Shown here: piece by piece, positions 14,730 through 26,935 of the stretch
Numbering within the stretch: the stretch's first letter is position 1
How the letters are laid out: every line of letters starts with the position of its first letter
Assembly: GCA_964016885.1 (NCBI GenBank)
Contig: OZ024755.1
Coordinates: forward strand, 16,616,001-16,680,000
Direction: 5' to 3'
Source: Eledone cirrhosa
Lineage: Eukaryota
DNA: 64,000 bases
Notes under the pieces: model-generated
Told to the model about the DNA's origin: nothing
What the model saw: the letters and a program-made list of their open reading frames with translations, nothing else
Database searches by the model: none
Made by a program: the position numbers and the translations under genes

Positions 14730-15699
14730 CTCACTATTCAGCCTTAATAAAATGAATACATACATACATATATATGTGTGTGTGTGTGTGTTAGCTGACA
14801 AACACACATATATGTGTGTTTGTCAGCTAATCCTATTTCTCTGTCTTACATACATACTTGATTATTATTACATATGCTTGGGTACATTGTATGGCTAAAA
14901 GTCAGCATGAATGTCACTCTTTGTATTAGTTTTTCTACTTCAATTGATAGCCATGACACATATACAGATACAGGGGGCTATACAGATATTCATTTTCTTT
15001 AAAAAACAATGAAACCGGCCACATTAAACAATATTTAGAGAGGACTAACTTGTAAATAATGATAGATAGTTACATAAAAAGAAAAAAATACAGAAATGTC
15101 ATCAAATAAATCATATTGTAGTTGCTTTATTTCTTGTAGTTTAGTCCCAGATCATCTTCATCAAACAGACCCACCTTCAAAGGCATCAGACCAATGACCG
15201 TCCCATATTTTTAGGGATTTCCAAGAGTACATTGTTTAAAGTGCCTCCTTTCCTTTTCGCTATATAGTGGGATGTGCCATGGCCATGAGGAAGATTTTGC
15301 TGCTATTTCTAGCACGTCAAATTTTCTATTCTGTCATGATTCGGATGGGATGCCCTTCATAACGCCAACCCTTTTAGTCACTTCTTGTGTTATGACATGC
15401 AATGATACAGTGTACCTACCTATTCTAATAGTGTGGGATACACAAACACACACATATATATATACATACACACATACAAATACTCAGACATGTGAGTTTG
15501 CGCATGTGTATGTGTATATTTTTTCCCCAAACTCCATTGTTCGACCCCCCCCCCCCCCCCTCTCTCTCTCTCTCAACTTGCTATATCCTGAAGAAGGACT
15601 TATGTCTGATATGTTGAAACCCTCATTTACTTCTTCCCAAGAGTGAAACTAATAAGACTTTATTTTTGCATCTCCCTGTTTGTTTTCTTTATTCTTGAA

Positions 15700-15734
<35 letters not shown>

Positions 15735-16326
15735 TATCATTTATTTTGTTTTGACCTGTTTAGCTTGATTTGCTTTTTGACTTAGGTGGTTAATGCTTTC
15801 TTGACCACTTTTTCAGTTTTGTATGGTGTTTTAACATATTGTTTAGCTCTGGTTTTTTAACTATGGAGCGCCGCTTGCCACCATAACTCTGATTTTTGCG
15901 TTTCGTTTCGCTTTTTCAACCCACCAAAATCCGATTCTCGATGAATTTATATTTGTATGTATATATATATATATATTCAAGATCATGAAACTAATAAACC
16001 TTTGTTCGTACTGCCTCTCTGTTTTGTTCCCGTTCCATTTTTCCCTATATATATATATATATATTGGATGGATGCCTTAGCTCTAATATAGACATTTAGT
16101 TTAGTTCATGATTGGCTCAGGTTTTATGAATGTAACTTTTACGAGTTTGGAAACCGACGGTCTTGTCCACTAGATGCTTCGTTTGTTGTTAATTACACAT
16201 GGGCCATTCGATGATTGCTTGCATCTGTTCTGTATATGTATATATGTGTGTAGTGTAAGTGTATGTATATTAAGGGTAGTTATCGATGGTGAACAGACTG
16301 GTTGGAGCAATAACAGTCTAGTTTAC

Positions 16327-16395
<69 letters not shown>

Positions 16396-16859
16396 TGTAC
16401 AGGTGTGTGATGTGGTATGGTGTGTGATGTGGTATGGAGTGGTGTGGTGTGGTGTGGTGCAGTGTGGTGTGGTGTGGAGTGGAGTGGTGCAGAGCAGTGT
16501 GGTGTGTGGCCTCCTCTTATTGTTTTGTATTTCCCCAAAAGCGACCAAGTTTATCCTTTATTGTTTATCCTTTATTGTTCTCTCCATAAAACTGTTTGGA
16601 TTCCGAAGAAGAAGACAAAGAAGACAAAGATGAAGAAGAGCATCCAGCTGTAAAAGCTCACAGCTAATTATACAGACTCTGCTATACTAAAATGTTACCA
16701 CACCTATTATGCAATCAGCACCAATCTACCTTTATGCCAATGTTAAGTGCATTTGGTCTCCTGCCAAATATGACCTGACAGATGTCTAAATCCATAACAT
16801 AACATACAACATGGAGGGAGAAATTTGTTTGTGGGTAGTGATGTTGGGGGCGGGATGAC

Positions 16860-17300
16860 GACATTGTGATGGTGGTGATGGTGGTGACGGCATTGTGATG
16901 GTGATGATGGTGATGATGGTGGTGATGACATTGTGATGGTGATGATGGTGATGATGGTGGTGATGACATTGTGATGAGGATGATGGTGGTGACGACATTG
17001 TGATGGGGATGATGGTGGTGATGATGGTGGTGATAACATTGTGATGGGGATGATGGTGGTGACGACATTGTGATGGGGATGATGGTGGTGATGACATTGT
17101 GATGGGGATGATGGTGGTGACGACATTGTGATGGGGATGATGGTGGTGATGATGGTGGTGATGACATTGTGATGGGGATGATGGTGGTGACGACATTGTG
17201 ATGGGGATGATGGTGGTGACGACATTGTGATGGGGATGATGGTGGTGATGACATTGTGATGGGGATGATGGTGGTGATGACATTGTGATGGGGATGATGG
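16860..17300. repeat. ~30 bp minisatellite in a (GAT/GGT)-rich tract
   Basis: Unit gacattgtgatggggatgatggtggtgac; explains the long His/Pro-rich ORFs. Confidence 0.85.
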
Positions 17301-17516
17301 CGGTGATGGGGATGATGGCGGTGATGGTGATGGCGACGTGATGGTGATGGTGGTGGTGGTGGTGGTGGTGACAGTGATGGGGGAAGGATGGCGATGACAA
17401 TGATGATGATGAGCGTGGGATGACGACAATGGCGATGGTGATGATGTTGATCGCAATGATGATGATGGTTGTGTTGGTGGTTGTGATGATGAGGACAGTG
17501 ATGACAGTGATGGTGG

Positions 17517-17550
<34 letters not shown>

Positions 17551-17898
17551 CGGTGATGGTGGTGGTGATGATGATGAAGCTAAAGATGATAATAATATCA
17601 ACCTTATAGTGATGTGTGTGTAGAAGTGTGTACATCAATGAGTGTGTGTGTGTGTGTGTGTGTGTGTCTGCAAATGTATTTGTTTTGTGTATGTATTGTT
17701 ATAAATATATATATATATATTGTAGGTATGTGTAAACTGTAACCAATAGATACGAACTCTACATATTACAAATATCTCTAACATGTATTGTAGACAACTT
17801 GCTTTTGTCTGTGTTTTTTTAATTTTTTTAATAAAATTGTACACACATAGACACACACAACGACATGTATATATGTGTCTGAATTTGTGTGTGTGTGC

Positions 17899-17935
<37 letters not shown>

Positions 17936-18287
17936 TATCATCATTGCCGTTTTACGTCCATTCTTCCACGCTAGTATGGGTTAGACAGGTTGTTCGGTTG
18001 TGGGCAGTGTCCGGTCGGCTGACCTTCTCTTGCTCATACGGGAACTGATTTCACATTGCTCCAGTTTACTCAGTTGTAGAAATGAGATGATAGGGACTGG
18101 GGTCCCTATCATTCCACTGTAAAGTGGTCGTGTAGGCACTCACTGTAAATGAGGTTGGTGTTAGGAAGGGCATCCAGCTGTAGAACTCAAGCCAGGAGCA
18201 GTTCCCGTCCCACCCTTGCAAGCAGGGAAAAGCAGACATAAAATGATGATGATGGTGGTGGTGGTGGTGGTGGGTGGGTGTGTGGGT

Positions 18288-18350
<63 letters not shown>

Positions 18351-19563
18351 TGTGTGTGTGTGTGTGTGTCTGTGTGTGTGTGTGTGTATTCTTTGACATA
18401 AGATACTGAATTTATTCCATCAGGGTAATAACATAAAACACTGCTAAAGCCTCAAACTTTGATGATGATAAATAATTATTCGTACTTTTGTCAGATCACA
18501 CAGACGTGTGTGTGTGATCTGACAAAAGTACGTCTATATTTGTGTGTGTGTGTTTGTGTATGTATGTGTTCGTCTGTGAATGTGTGTGTGTGTGTGTGTG
18601 TATGTCTGTCTGTGAATGTGTGTGTCTGTGAACATGTCTGTCTGTGGATGTGAGTGTGAGTGTGTGTGTGTCTGTGAATGTCTATGCGTGTCTGTGAACA
18701 TGTCTGCTTGTGAATGTGAGTGTGTGTGTGTGTGTCTGTGAATGTGTCTGTCGTGAATGTGTGTGTGTGTGTGTGTCTGTCTGTGAATGTGTCTGTCGTG
18801 AATGTGAGTGTGTGAGTGTGTATGTGTGTGTGTGTGTGAGTGTGAATGTGTCTGTCGTGAGTGTGAGTGTGTATGTGTGTCTGTGAACATGTCTGCCTGT
18901 GATGTGAATGTGAGTGTGTGCGTGTGTGTGAATGTGTCTGTTGTGAATGTGTGTGTGTGTGTATGTGTGCCAACACATATTTGGATGTTCAACAGTGTTT
19001 TGGCAATGATCCTACAAAATCTTCATTCACTAATACATTCAAGTGTTCACTTCTCTCACAATGGTCGACTTGTTTGCATTTTCTGATTTTATTCTCTAAT
19101 TCCTTCATTCATTCATGTTCTGAGAATCTTGCATACAAAGTTGTTGTTGCTGTTGTTACTGTTGAATGTCACAGTTATCTCCTCTTGTTTAGACAATGAA
19201 AATAATTAATTCTTTCGTTAACATATTTCTAATGAAATATATTGTATTTGAATTCATGATGGAAACATTTAGAGAGATTTCGTCACCATTTTACATCCGT
19301 ATACTCATACATATGTGTGTATATGCACATACACACATGCACACACATATATACATATGCGTGAGCGTGTTGAAAAAAATCCTAGTGTTCAAAACTGCAT
19401 AAGTAGAGTCCACTGTATTGGGAGAGAATTTACATAACAGCTTTATTCTCATTAACATGAACTCTCCAAAAGTATTGAGTTGTCTTTCTTTTGTTTGTAA
19501 CCCAAATCATAAATATATATTAAAATATTTATATTTATATATATTTCTTTTTTATCTTTTCAG

Positions 19564-19732
19564 GAATTGCTTAGTTGTATAATTAAAAAAGATATACAGT
19601 ACACAGTGGTAAATCCAAAATTTCACCACTGGCGGACAGATGACAAACGATTTGGTCTTACTTTTGAAAGGTCGGGTGAAGCCCGAGCTTTCAATCAAGG
19701 AATCAAACGTGTGCTTGCGGATCTCACAAAAG
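19564..19732 (+). CDS. SPRED: SPRED exon: C-terminal half of the EVH1 domain (ELLSCIIKKDIQYTVVNPKFHHWRTDDKRFGLTFERSGEARAFNQGIKRVLADLTK)
   Basis: Pyrimidine tract plus CAG acceptor (19561-19563) and AG|GTAAT donor at 19733; 169 bp, phase 0 to phase 1. The translation matches the SPRED EVH1 signature FHHW..DDK.FGLTF....ARAF..GI. Absent from the ORF track. Confidence 0.95.
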
Positions 19733-21849
19733 GTAATATTTGATACTGTTGTTGGTTATTTTACAATTAAAACATAATAAATATTAAATATACTTTTTAT
19801 ATGCACATCTATTTTAGTAACAATGCTGGGATAACTTTCTAGATAATTTCATTAGTTTGTTGTATTCTACACTTTTGGCTCTTCCCAGTGTGATGGTGAA
19901 CAAAAATATAACCACTGGGAGAAAAAGAAAATCACCAAAAATATGTCACAACTAAGAAAAAAATTATATTTTACTTAAAATTGTGGAAACATATATCGAT
20001 AAAGATATTTAACCCCACCCACACACACACTGAAACAAATTCTTTTTCAACATAGTTGCCTGCTACCTAAGGTTTCAAAGCTGCTCTAATACAGTTCATA
20101 AAGACACTGTATACATGTTAATGATGTTTATCTATCAAGGGGGAATGCTCAGGTAAAAAATGCCATATCAAGAAAGTTTCAAGCTCAATGAAGTCCCACA
20201 ATCAACCAAGATAAGTTGAATCATCTCATCACAGATATAATCCATTAACGTACTGGGAACAAAACTTCAATAAATCTGACAGGTTGTATGAATGTAGAGT
20301 TACCAAATACACAGATATTGATGAATAAATAGCCAAGATGAAAACATTCAACCATTTTTATTCTTCTAATACATGTTTCTACAAGGATAGGCAGAAAATA
20401 TACTATATTTACTATTGTATTTTCACAGTAAACACTATTTCACATAATTATCTCACAAAATAGCGATCTACGAAATTTTGATATTTATTTTGAGGAAAAT
20501 GCCTTAACATAAATATGAGCAACTTGTTATGGCAGGTTTGAACAAAAAGGACAGAATTCTGGCCAGATGTGACTGGTTTATATACATTGTGGTCCGATTA
20601 CGTATGTCAGATTTGGGAAGTTTGGTTTGGCAGGAATCATGAGTATAGGTTGGCATTCGGTGTGGAATGTTTGTGGATTGAATGGAGCAATAACAGTCTT
20701 ATTTATGTATATATCCATATTATATACAGCTTATTTTTAGCATTGTAAATTGGTATTGTATTGGGCAAAGTATATCTGCAACTAAAGATCCATGAAAATA
20801 ATAATAATGATTTCTTTATTGGCCATTGGGACCTACTTGGACCATGATGTATTGCTGGTACTGTTTGGTCTTTAGCCCTTGGTCAATCTTCTTTGACAGA
20901 CCTATGATCTAAGGCCACAACCATCTGGTCTTTTACTTATGTACAAAGAACCTGGGACCACATAATCCATGTCCTTTTTTTTAAAGATAGTAAAAGCATG
21001 ATTTGAGTGACATTTGGTTGCTATTTATAGCAGGTAGAGGGACCACATAGAGAGACCCCTCATTGGCTGGTGGTGTGTAGTGGTGTGGTGCAACACCTGC
21101 CACCCTTCTCCCCACTTCTTAATATTTCATTATTTTTCTATTCCTTCCTTTCTGCTTTCCTTTACTGTTTTTATTTTTCTTCTTCATTTTCTTATACAAC
21201 TACCACTGACTACCTACGACACCAACACCACTAGCAACAACACCATCACCACTACCTACAACACCAACACCACTACATCCACCTACAACACCTTCAACAC
21301 CAACACCAACACCATACATCCACCTACAACACCAACACCACTACATCCACCTACAACACCATCACCACCACCAACAACTCAACCACCACTATGATCACTC
21401 TCTCTCTCCTTATCCTGTTTCCTCACCCCCACCACCACTCTCATTATCTCCCTTATTTTACACACTCTTCTGTCTCCTTCCACCCTTCTCTTTCTTTTGT
21501 AACTCTGAGTATTTTCTTACAAATTTTTCAAATGGTGTTTTCAGTTTTTTTCTTTCTTTTTAATATCTATTTCTTTTTTTCTCTCCTTCTTCAGAGAAGT
21601 GTCTGTCTCTTATTCATTTACTTATTCTATTTTTTTGCATACCCTCCTTAAAAAAAAGACAAATATTAGAAAAAAAAATGCTAATAATAATAATAATAGT
21701 AATAATGTTTAGAAGGAGAAAAAATGAGTCCTTGCTCCAAATTTCTCTGGGTTTATTATGCTGTAATATCCATCTTGTACATCTGCTCTTCATGTACACT
21801 GTAACCCATATAACAAGCTGTTGAATGTGTCAGGCCAGCCAGTCTTCGT

Positions 21850-21888
<39 letters not shown>

Positions 21889-21938
21889 ATACAGACATGC
21901 ACACATACACACTTGCACACATGTGTGTATATATATAC

Positions 21939-21969
<31 letters not shown>

Positions 21970-22989
21970 TATATATGTGTGTGTATACACCACACATATA
22001 TATATATATATATGTATACATACATACCAACTTTTGACTACATGTGTCTCCCCTCCTTCTCTTAGAGTGTCATACTCTAACTACTACTACTGTTGTTGTT
22101 GGCACTCTTTCCCTTATTAGCCCTCCCCCCCCCCCCCGTCTCCCTCTCCTATACTTTTCTGTAGTATTAATGTACTTTATTCCCTCTTTTTTTTCTGTCT
22201 CCTTTATTTCTCTCTATTCCTTCTCCCCACTTAAACTCTCTCTTCTTTGCAACTCCTTTTTTTTTTGTTTTGTGTCCCATCCTTTTAAAAAAAAAAACCT
22301 GTATTACAAAACTATCTCCCCACCTTCTATTACACCACAACCTTCACCATTAAAACCACCACATTCATCACCACCACAGCTATCACCACCACCACCATCA
22401 CTACCACAACACAACCACTACACCCATCACCACCACAACCATCATCATGACCACACCACCACCGCACCCATCTCCACAATCACCTCAATCATAACAACAT
22501 GATAACAACATCAACACCAATCTCTTCATACAATGGAATACGTTCTGGGCTGGTCTATAAAGGGCTTAAACACTTGCTTAACCCTTACATTACTTTATAT
22601 TTACTATTGTATTTTCAAAGTAAAGGTTTTACTTCACGTAATATTGAATCTATGAGATTTTGATATTTATTTTGAGAACAATTCCTTAACATCAGTATGA
22701 GCAGCTAGTTACAGCCGGTTTGAAAAGAAAGATGTGAGAGAATTCTGGCCGGATATGGCCAGTTTAAATGCCAAAGGGTTAAGGAAAAGGAGGTTTTCTC
22801 TTAAGACCTGCTGTCTAGCTCTCCTGGGAGTTTTTTACCACTGGCCCTTTACATTCTGAGTTCAAATTCCACCAAGGTCAACTTTGCCTTTCATCCTTCA
22901 GGGTGTGTGATGATAATGACATATGGATATATATGATATATATACTTATGTGTATGTGTGAATGTATGTTTGTATGCATGTATATATGT

Positions 22990-23195
22990 GTGCATTATAT
23001 TTGGAGGATCTCTGCACTTGTCGTAGCATGGGCCCAGCACTATGTGTCAATAATTGTCACAGGTGTAATGTTTGTACCAGAGTTTTCAAGTCGCTGGCTG
23101 GACTAAAAAGTCACACTTGTTCAGCGCATCGGTGGGGGTTCTCCTACATGGATATAAAGTAATGGCCGTACTCGAAAACGAGTTGGCAGCCACCA
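22990..23195 (+). mobile_element. LINE 3' fragment encoding a C-terminal C2H2 zinc finger (RTE/BovB-like); longer copy at ~35820-36220
   Basis: C(N/S)VCTRVFKSLAGLKS(H/D)T.SAHR in two near-identical copies, each followed by the same short 3' sequence and a microsatellite tail. Confidence 0.65.
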
Positions 23196-23319
23196 CCATG
23201 TGTGCATGTATGTACATATGTATCTATATATGCACATATGTTGGTATGTAAGAGGGTGTATATGTATGCCTTTATGTATTATGTATATATGTATATGTAT
23301 ATATGTATATGTATATATA

Positions 23320-23641
23320 TGGATGTGTTGAGAGAGAAACTGTGTTTAAGAGGGATAAGTTGTAGTGTGCGGGAGAGAAGACTGCGACGGTATGGATATG
23401 TGATGCACATGGAGGATGACCGCTGTGTAAAGAAGTGCCAAGAAATGCCAGTTGAAGGAAGACCTAGTAGAGGAAGACCACGAAAAACATGGGCGGAGGT
23501 GGTGAGAGCAGACCTCAGATCGCTGAAGCGCACGGTGGAGATGATGAAGGACCGACAAGTGGTGAGATGCTGTGCTGAATAGGACCCATCCCACCCTTGC
23601 AAGCAGGGAAAAGTGGACATATGATGATGATGATGATGATG
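23320..23641 (+). mobile_element. RTE-clade LINE 3' end with (GAT)n tail
   Basis: LREKLCLRGISCSVRERRLRRYGYVMHMEDDRCVKKC..VEGRPSRGRPRKTW..V..DL is the typical RTE C-terminus. Confidence 0.85.
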
Positions 23642-23766
23642 TATATATATGTGTAAACCTCCCTAGCAATTTTCATTTCAGTTTAACTACAATATTGTTA
23701 AAGAAAGTGTTATTAGAACACGTGTTAGTTTATATTCGTAAAACCTCTGAGAAATATATGAGTGCG

Positions 23767-23816
<50 letters not shown>

Positions 23817-23959
23817 TAAATATAGATATACATACATATACACACACACACACATATGTGTATATGTATGTGCACCTGTATGTATACATATGCACTCAAG
23901 CTCTTTCTCACCCACACCCTCTCTTTCTCACTTGCTCATTGTTGTTCCTGTTGTGTGTG

Positions 23960-24019
<60 letters not shown>

Positions 24020-25420
24020 TATATATATGTATGTATGTATATATATATATCTTTGTTGAGGACCAACTTGTGGCAATTGCCTAAAAAGCTACAATTAGCA
24101 TAAAATAGAATTAGTTTCCAGCTGATGTTAAAGAAAAAACATCTAAAAATAGCATCTTAATGGAGCTTGTCTTTGTTGCTCTGGTTTTTGTTGTTGTGGT
24201 GGTAGTAGTATAGTGGTAGTGGTGGTGTAGTTGTAAATGTTGTTGTTGGTTGTGATGGTGGAATGTTGTTGGATGTGGTAGTGGTTGTAGTTATTGTGGT
24301 GGTGGTGGTAGTGCCATAGTGGTGGTGGAATGATGATAGCATGGTGGTGGTGGTAGTGGTGTAGTCATAATTGTTGTTGTTGTTGGATGTGGTAGTGGTT
24401 GTAGTAGTGTTCATGGTAATAGCTGTTGTCGTGATGGTGGTGTGGTATTAGCTGTGGCAGTGTGACAGTGTTTGTGATTATAGTTATGACAGTGGTGACA
24501 ATATTTGTTGCTGTGGTGGTTGTAGTAGTTAGTAATAGTAGTGGTGGTGGTGGTGGTGGTGGTAGTTTTACTTTGAATTGCTTCTTTTACATATTGAGCC
24601 ATGTGACTCTCTCTCTCTCTCTGCCTCTCTGCCTGTCTCTCTCTCTCTCTCCCCCTCTCTCTCTCCCTCTCTCTCCCTCTCTCTGTGACTGTGTGTGATT
24701 TGGGGTGGGACGGGTGAGGCAGGTGGAGAGATGAGGTGTATGAATAATAATAGTGTTGTTGGTGGTGGCAGTGTTGGTGGTGGTGGTGGTGGTAGTGGTG
24801 GTGGTAGTGTTGTTGGTAGTGGTGGTGGTGGTAGTGTTGTTGGTAGTGGTGGTGGTGGTGGTGGTGTTGTTGGTAGTGGTGGTAGTGTTGTTGGTAGTGG
24901 TGATGGTGGTGGTGGTGGTGGTGGTGATGTTGTTGGTAGTGGTGGTGGTGGTGGTTGTTTTGTTGTTAGTGGTGGCAGTGATCAGAGGAAGAGTAGGGAT
25001 AGAAAGATAGAGTGTGTGAGGACATATAGTATGTTGGAAAAAACAAATTAAAACTGTCCAGCTAGTATAATTTGGTTGAAAAAAATGCAAGCAATCACAC
25101 ATGGAATCATCATCATCATCATCACTACTACCACCACCAACTATCAGCATTACCATCATCCACATCCTCATCAGTGACACCATCATCATCGTTACCATCA
25201 TTACCATCACCATCATCATAACTATTTTATGTCTGTTTTCTCTGCTTGCATGGGTCAGATAGGTTGTTAGGTTTTCATATTTGACAGATCAGATGACCAC
25301 ACCCTCCTCTTATATTGACGTGGTTTTATGGCCAGATGCCCTTCCTAATGCCACAGTATTGCTGCATGTACAGAATGCTTTTTGTTGTGGCACCTGCACT
25401 ACCACTTTATTGTGTGGGTT

Positions 25421-25890
25421 GGATGCATTTTATCACAGCACCAGCACTACCACATTACAGAGTGTACTGGATGCATTTTATCAATGCACCAGCACTACTA
25501 CTTTACAGAGTGTACTGGATGCATTTTATCAATGCACCAGCACTACCACTTTACAGAGTCTACTGGATGCATTTTATCAATGCGCCAGCACTACCATATT
25601 ACAGAGTGTACTGGATGCATTTTATCAATGCACCAGCACTACCACATTACAGAGTGTACTGGATGCATTTTATCAATGCACCAGCACTACCACTTTACAG
25701 AGTGTACTGGATGCATTTTATCAATGCACCAGCACTACCATATTACAGAGTGTACTGGATGCATTTTATCAAGGCACCAGCTCTACCACATTACAGAGTA
25801 TACTGGATGCATTTTATCAAGGCATCTGCACTACCATATTACAGAGTATACTGGATGCATTTTATAATGGCACCAACACTACCACATAAC
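25421..25890. repeat. 48-bp minisatellite, ~10 copies
   Basis: Unit ggatgcattttatcaatgcaccagcactaccactttacagagtgtact, period exactly 48 (25421, 25469 ... 25853). Confidence 0.92.
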
Positions 25891-26724
25891 CATTTTGTTA
25901 CCATATTTTAAAATGAAAAATGCTTGACTATGATTTTTTTCAAATAATTTCGTAAATACTCAAGAAATTGGAGGTATTTAGTAACAAATAACTTTCTCAT
26001 TATGAAGCTGAGTGTTTGGAACCTAACTTAAAAGTTCTTACACAAAACGATGACAGATTTTTTTTTTTTTTTTTAAAGATCTGTACTGTACTGTACTTTC
26101 AGGCAGTTTTGGTTATCAAAAGAGTTAATAAATTACTTCAACAACTTGTGATAACAATTAGTTCAAAAGAAAAATCTAAATCATAGCTTTGTTTAAGTAT
26201 AATATATTTTGAAAGTTTGTAAATTTGGATAAGTATGTTAGTAGACAAGAATTCTTGATGTTTTCAGCTACGCCCTTCATTGCTATTATAAATATTTAAC
26301 AAAATCTCTCTCTTGAAGTGCTTATATTGATACTTCCTTCAAATGTTTATGAACTCTCAGCTGAGTTATTTTACGAAGTAGAATTAAAACATGAACTGAA
26401 ATACTGAACTATTCTGAGGGTTAATAAATAATTCCTTACCTTCAGTGTTTTTCCTATCAGGCCCTCTATTTGGTCTCCATCCCCATCTCCCAATATCTTC
26501 TATCATCTTATCATCTATAGACAGTTAAGTTTCTTGGTTGAATTAGTAACAGTTTTTGTTTGTTTAATACTAGTCAAGTACTAGGGTAGATCTAATCATT
26601 TAATCGACTATGCCCATTCCCATCCCATACTGTGCATGGCATTTGGCCAATCTTAGAAATAAAAATAATAATAATGATTATTATAATTATCAAAATTGTT
26701 ATCATAAACTCTGGAAGTTCCATA

Positions 26725-26935
26725 GTTGTTGCAGGACATTGCTGGAGAAGTAAGCAGGAAGTTATACACAAGATATTATTGTGAGAACCAACTCGTGGGA
26801 GACACAGTAGAAGAAAACTTGGTCAACTCTTCGACAATACAAACCTCAGTAGAGAACAGTTCCTAGGAGCAATGGAAAATTGTGAATTTTGAAGTGACTT
26901 TGTCAGGAACATTCGACTGTGGTTGCAATAATGAT
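26725..26935. repeat. Unclassified dispersed repeat; second diverged copy at ~29290-29495
   Basis: Shared ggacat.gct.gagaagtaag.aggaagttatac.caag.ta.tattgtg.gaaccaactc.tgggagac.cagtaga sequence. Confidence 0.65.

Noticed and set aside
16715-17638. His/Pro/Ser-rich ORFs of 237-307 aa
   Set aside because: All three minus frames are open over a 30-bp minisatellite and (GAT/GGT)n; no splice or domain evidence.
25281-25911. Repeat-protein-like ORFs with a 16-aa period
   Set aside because: A 48-bp minisatellite open in all three frames and derived from a retroelement module.
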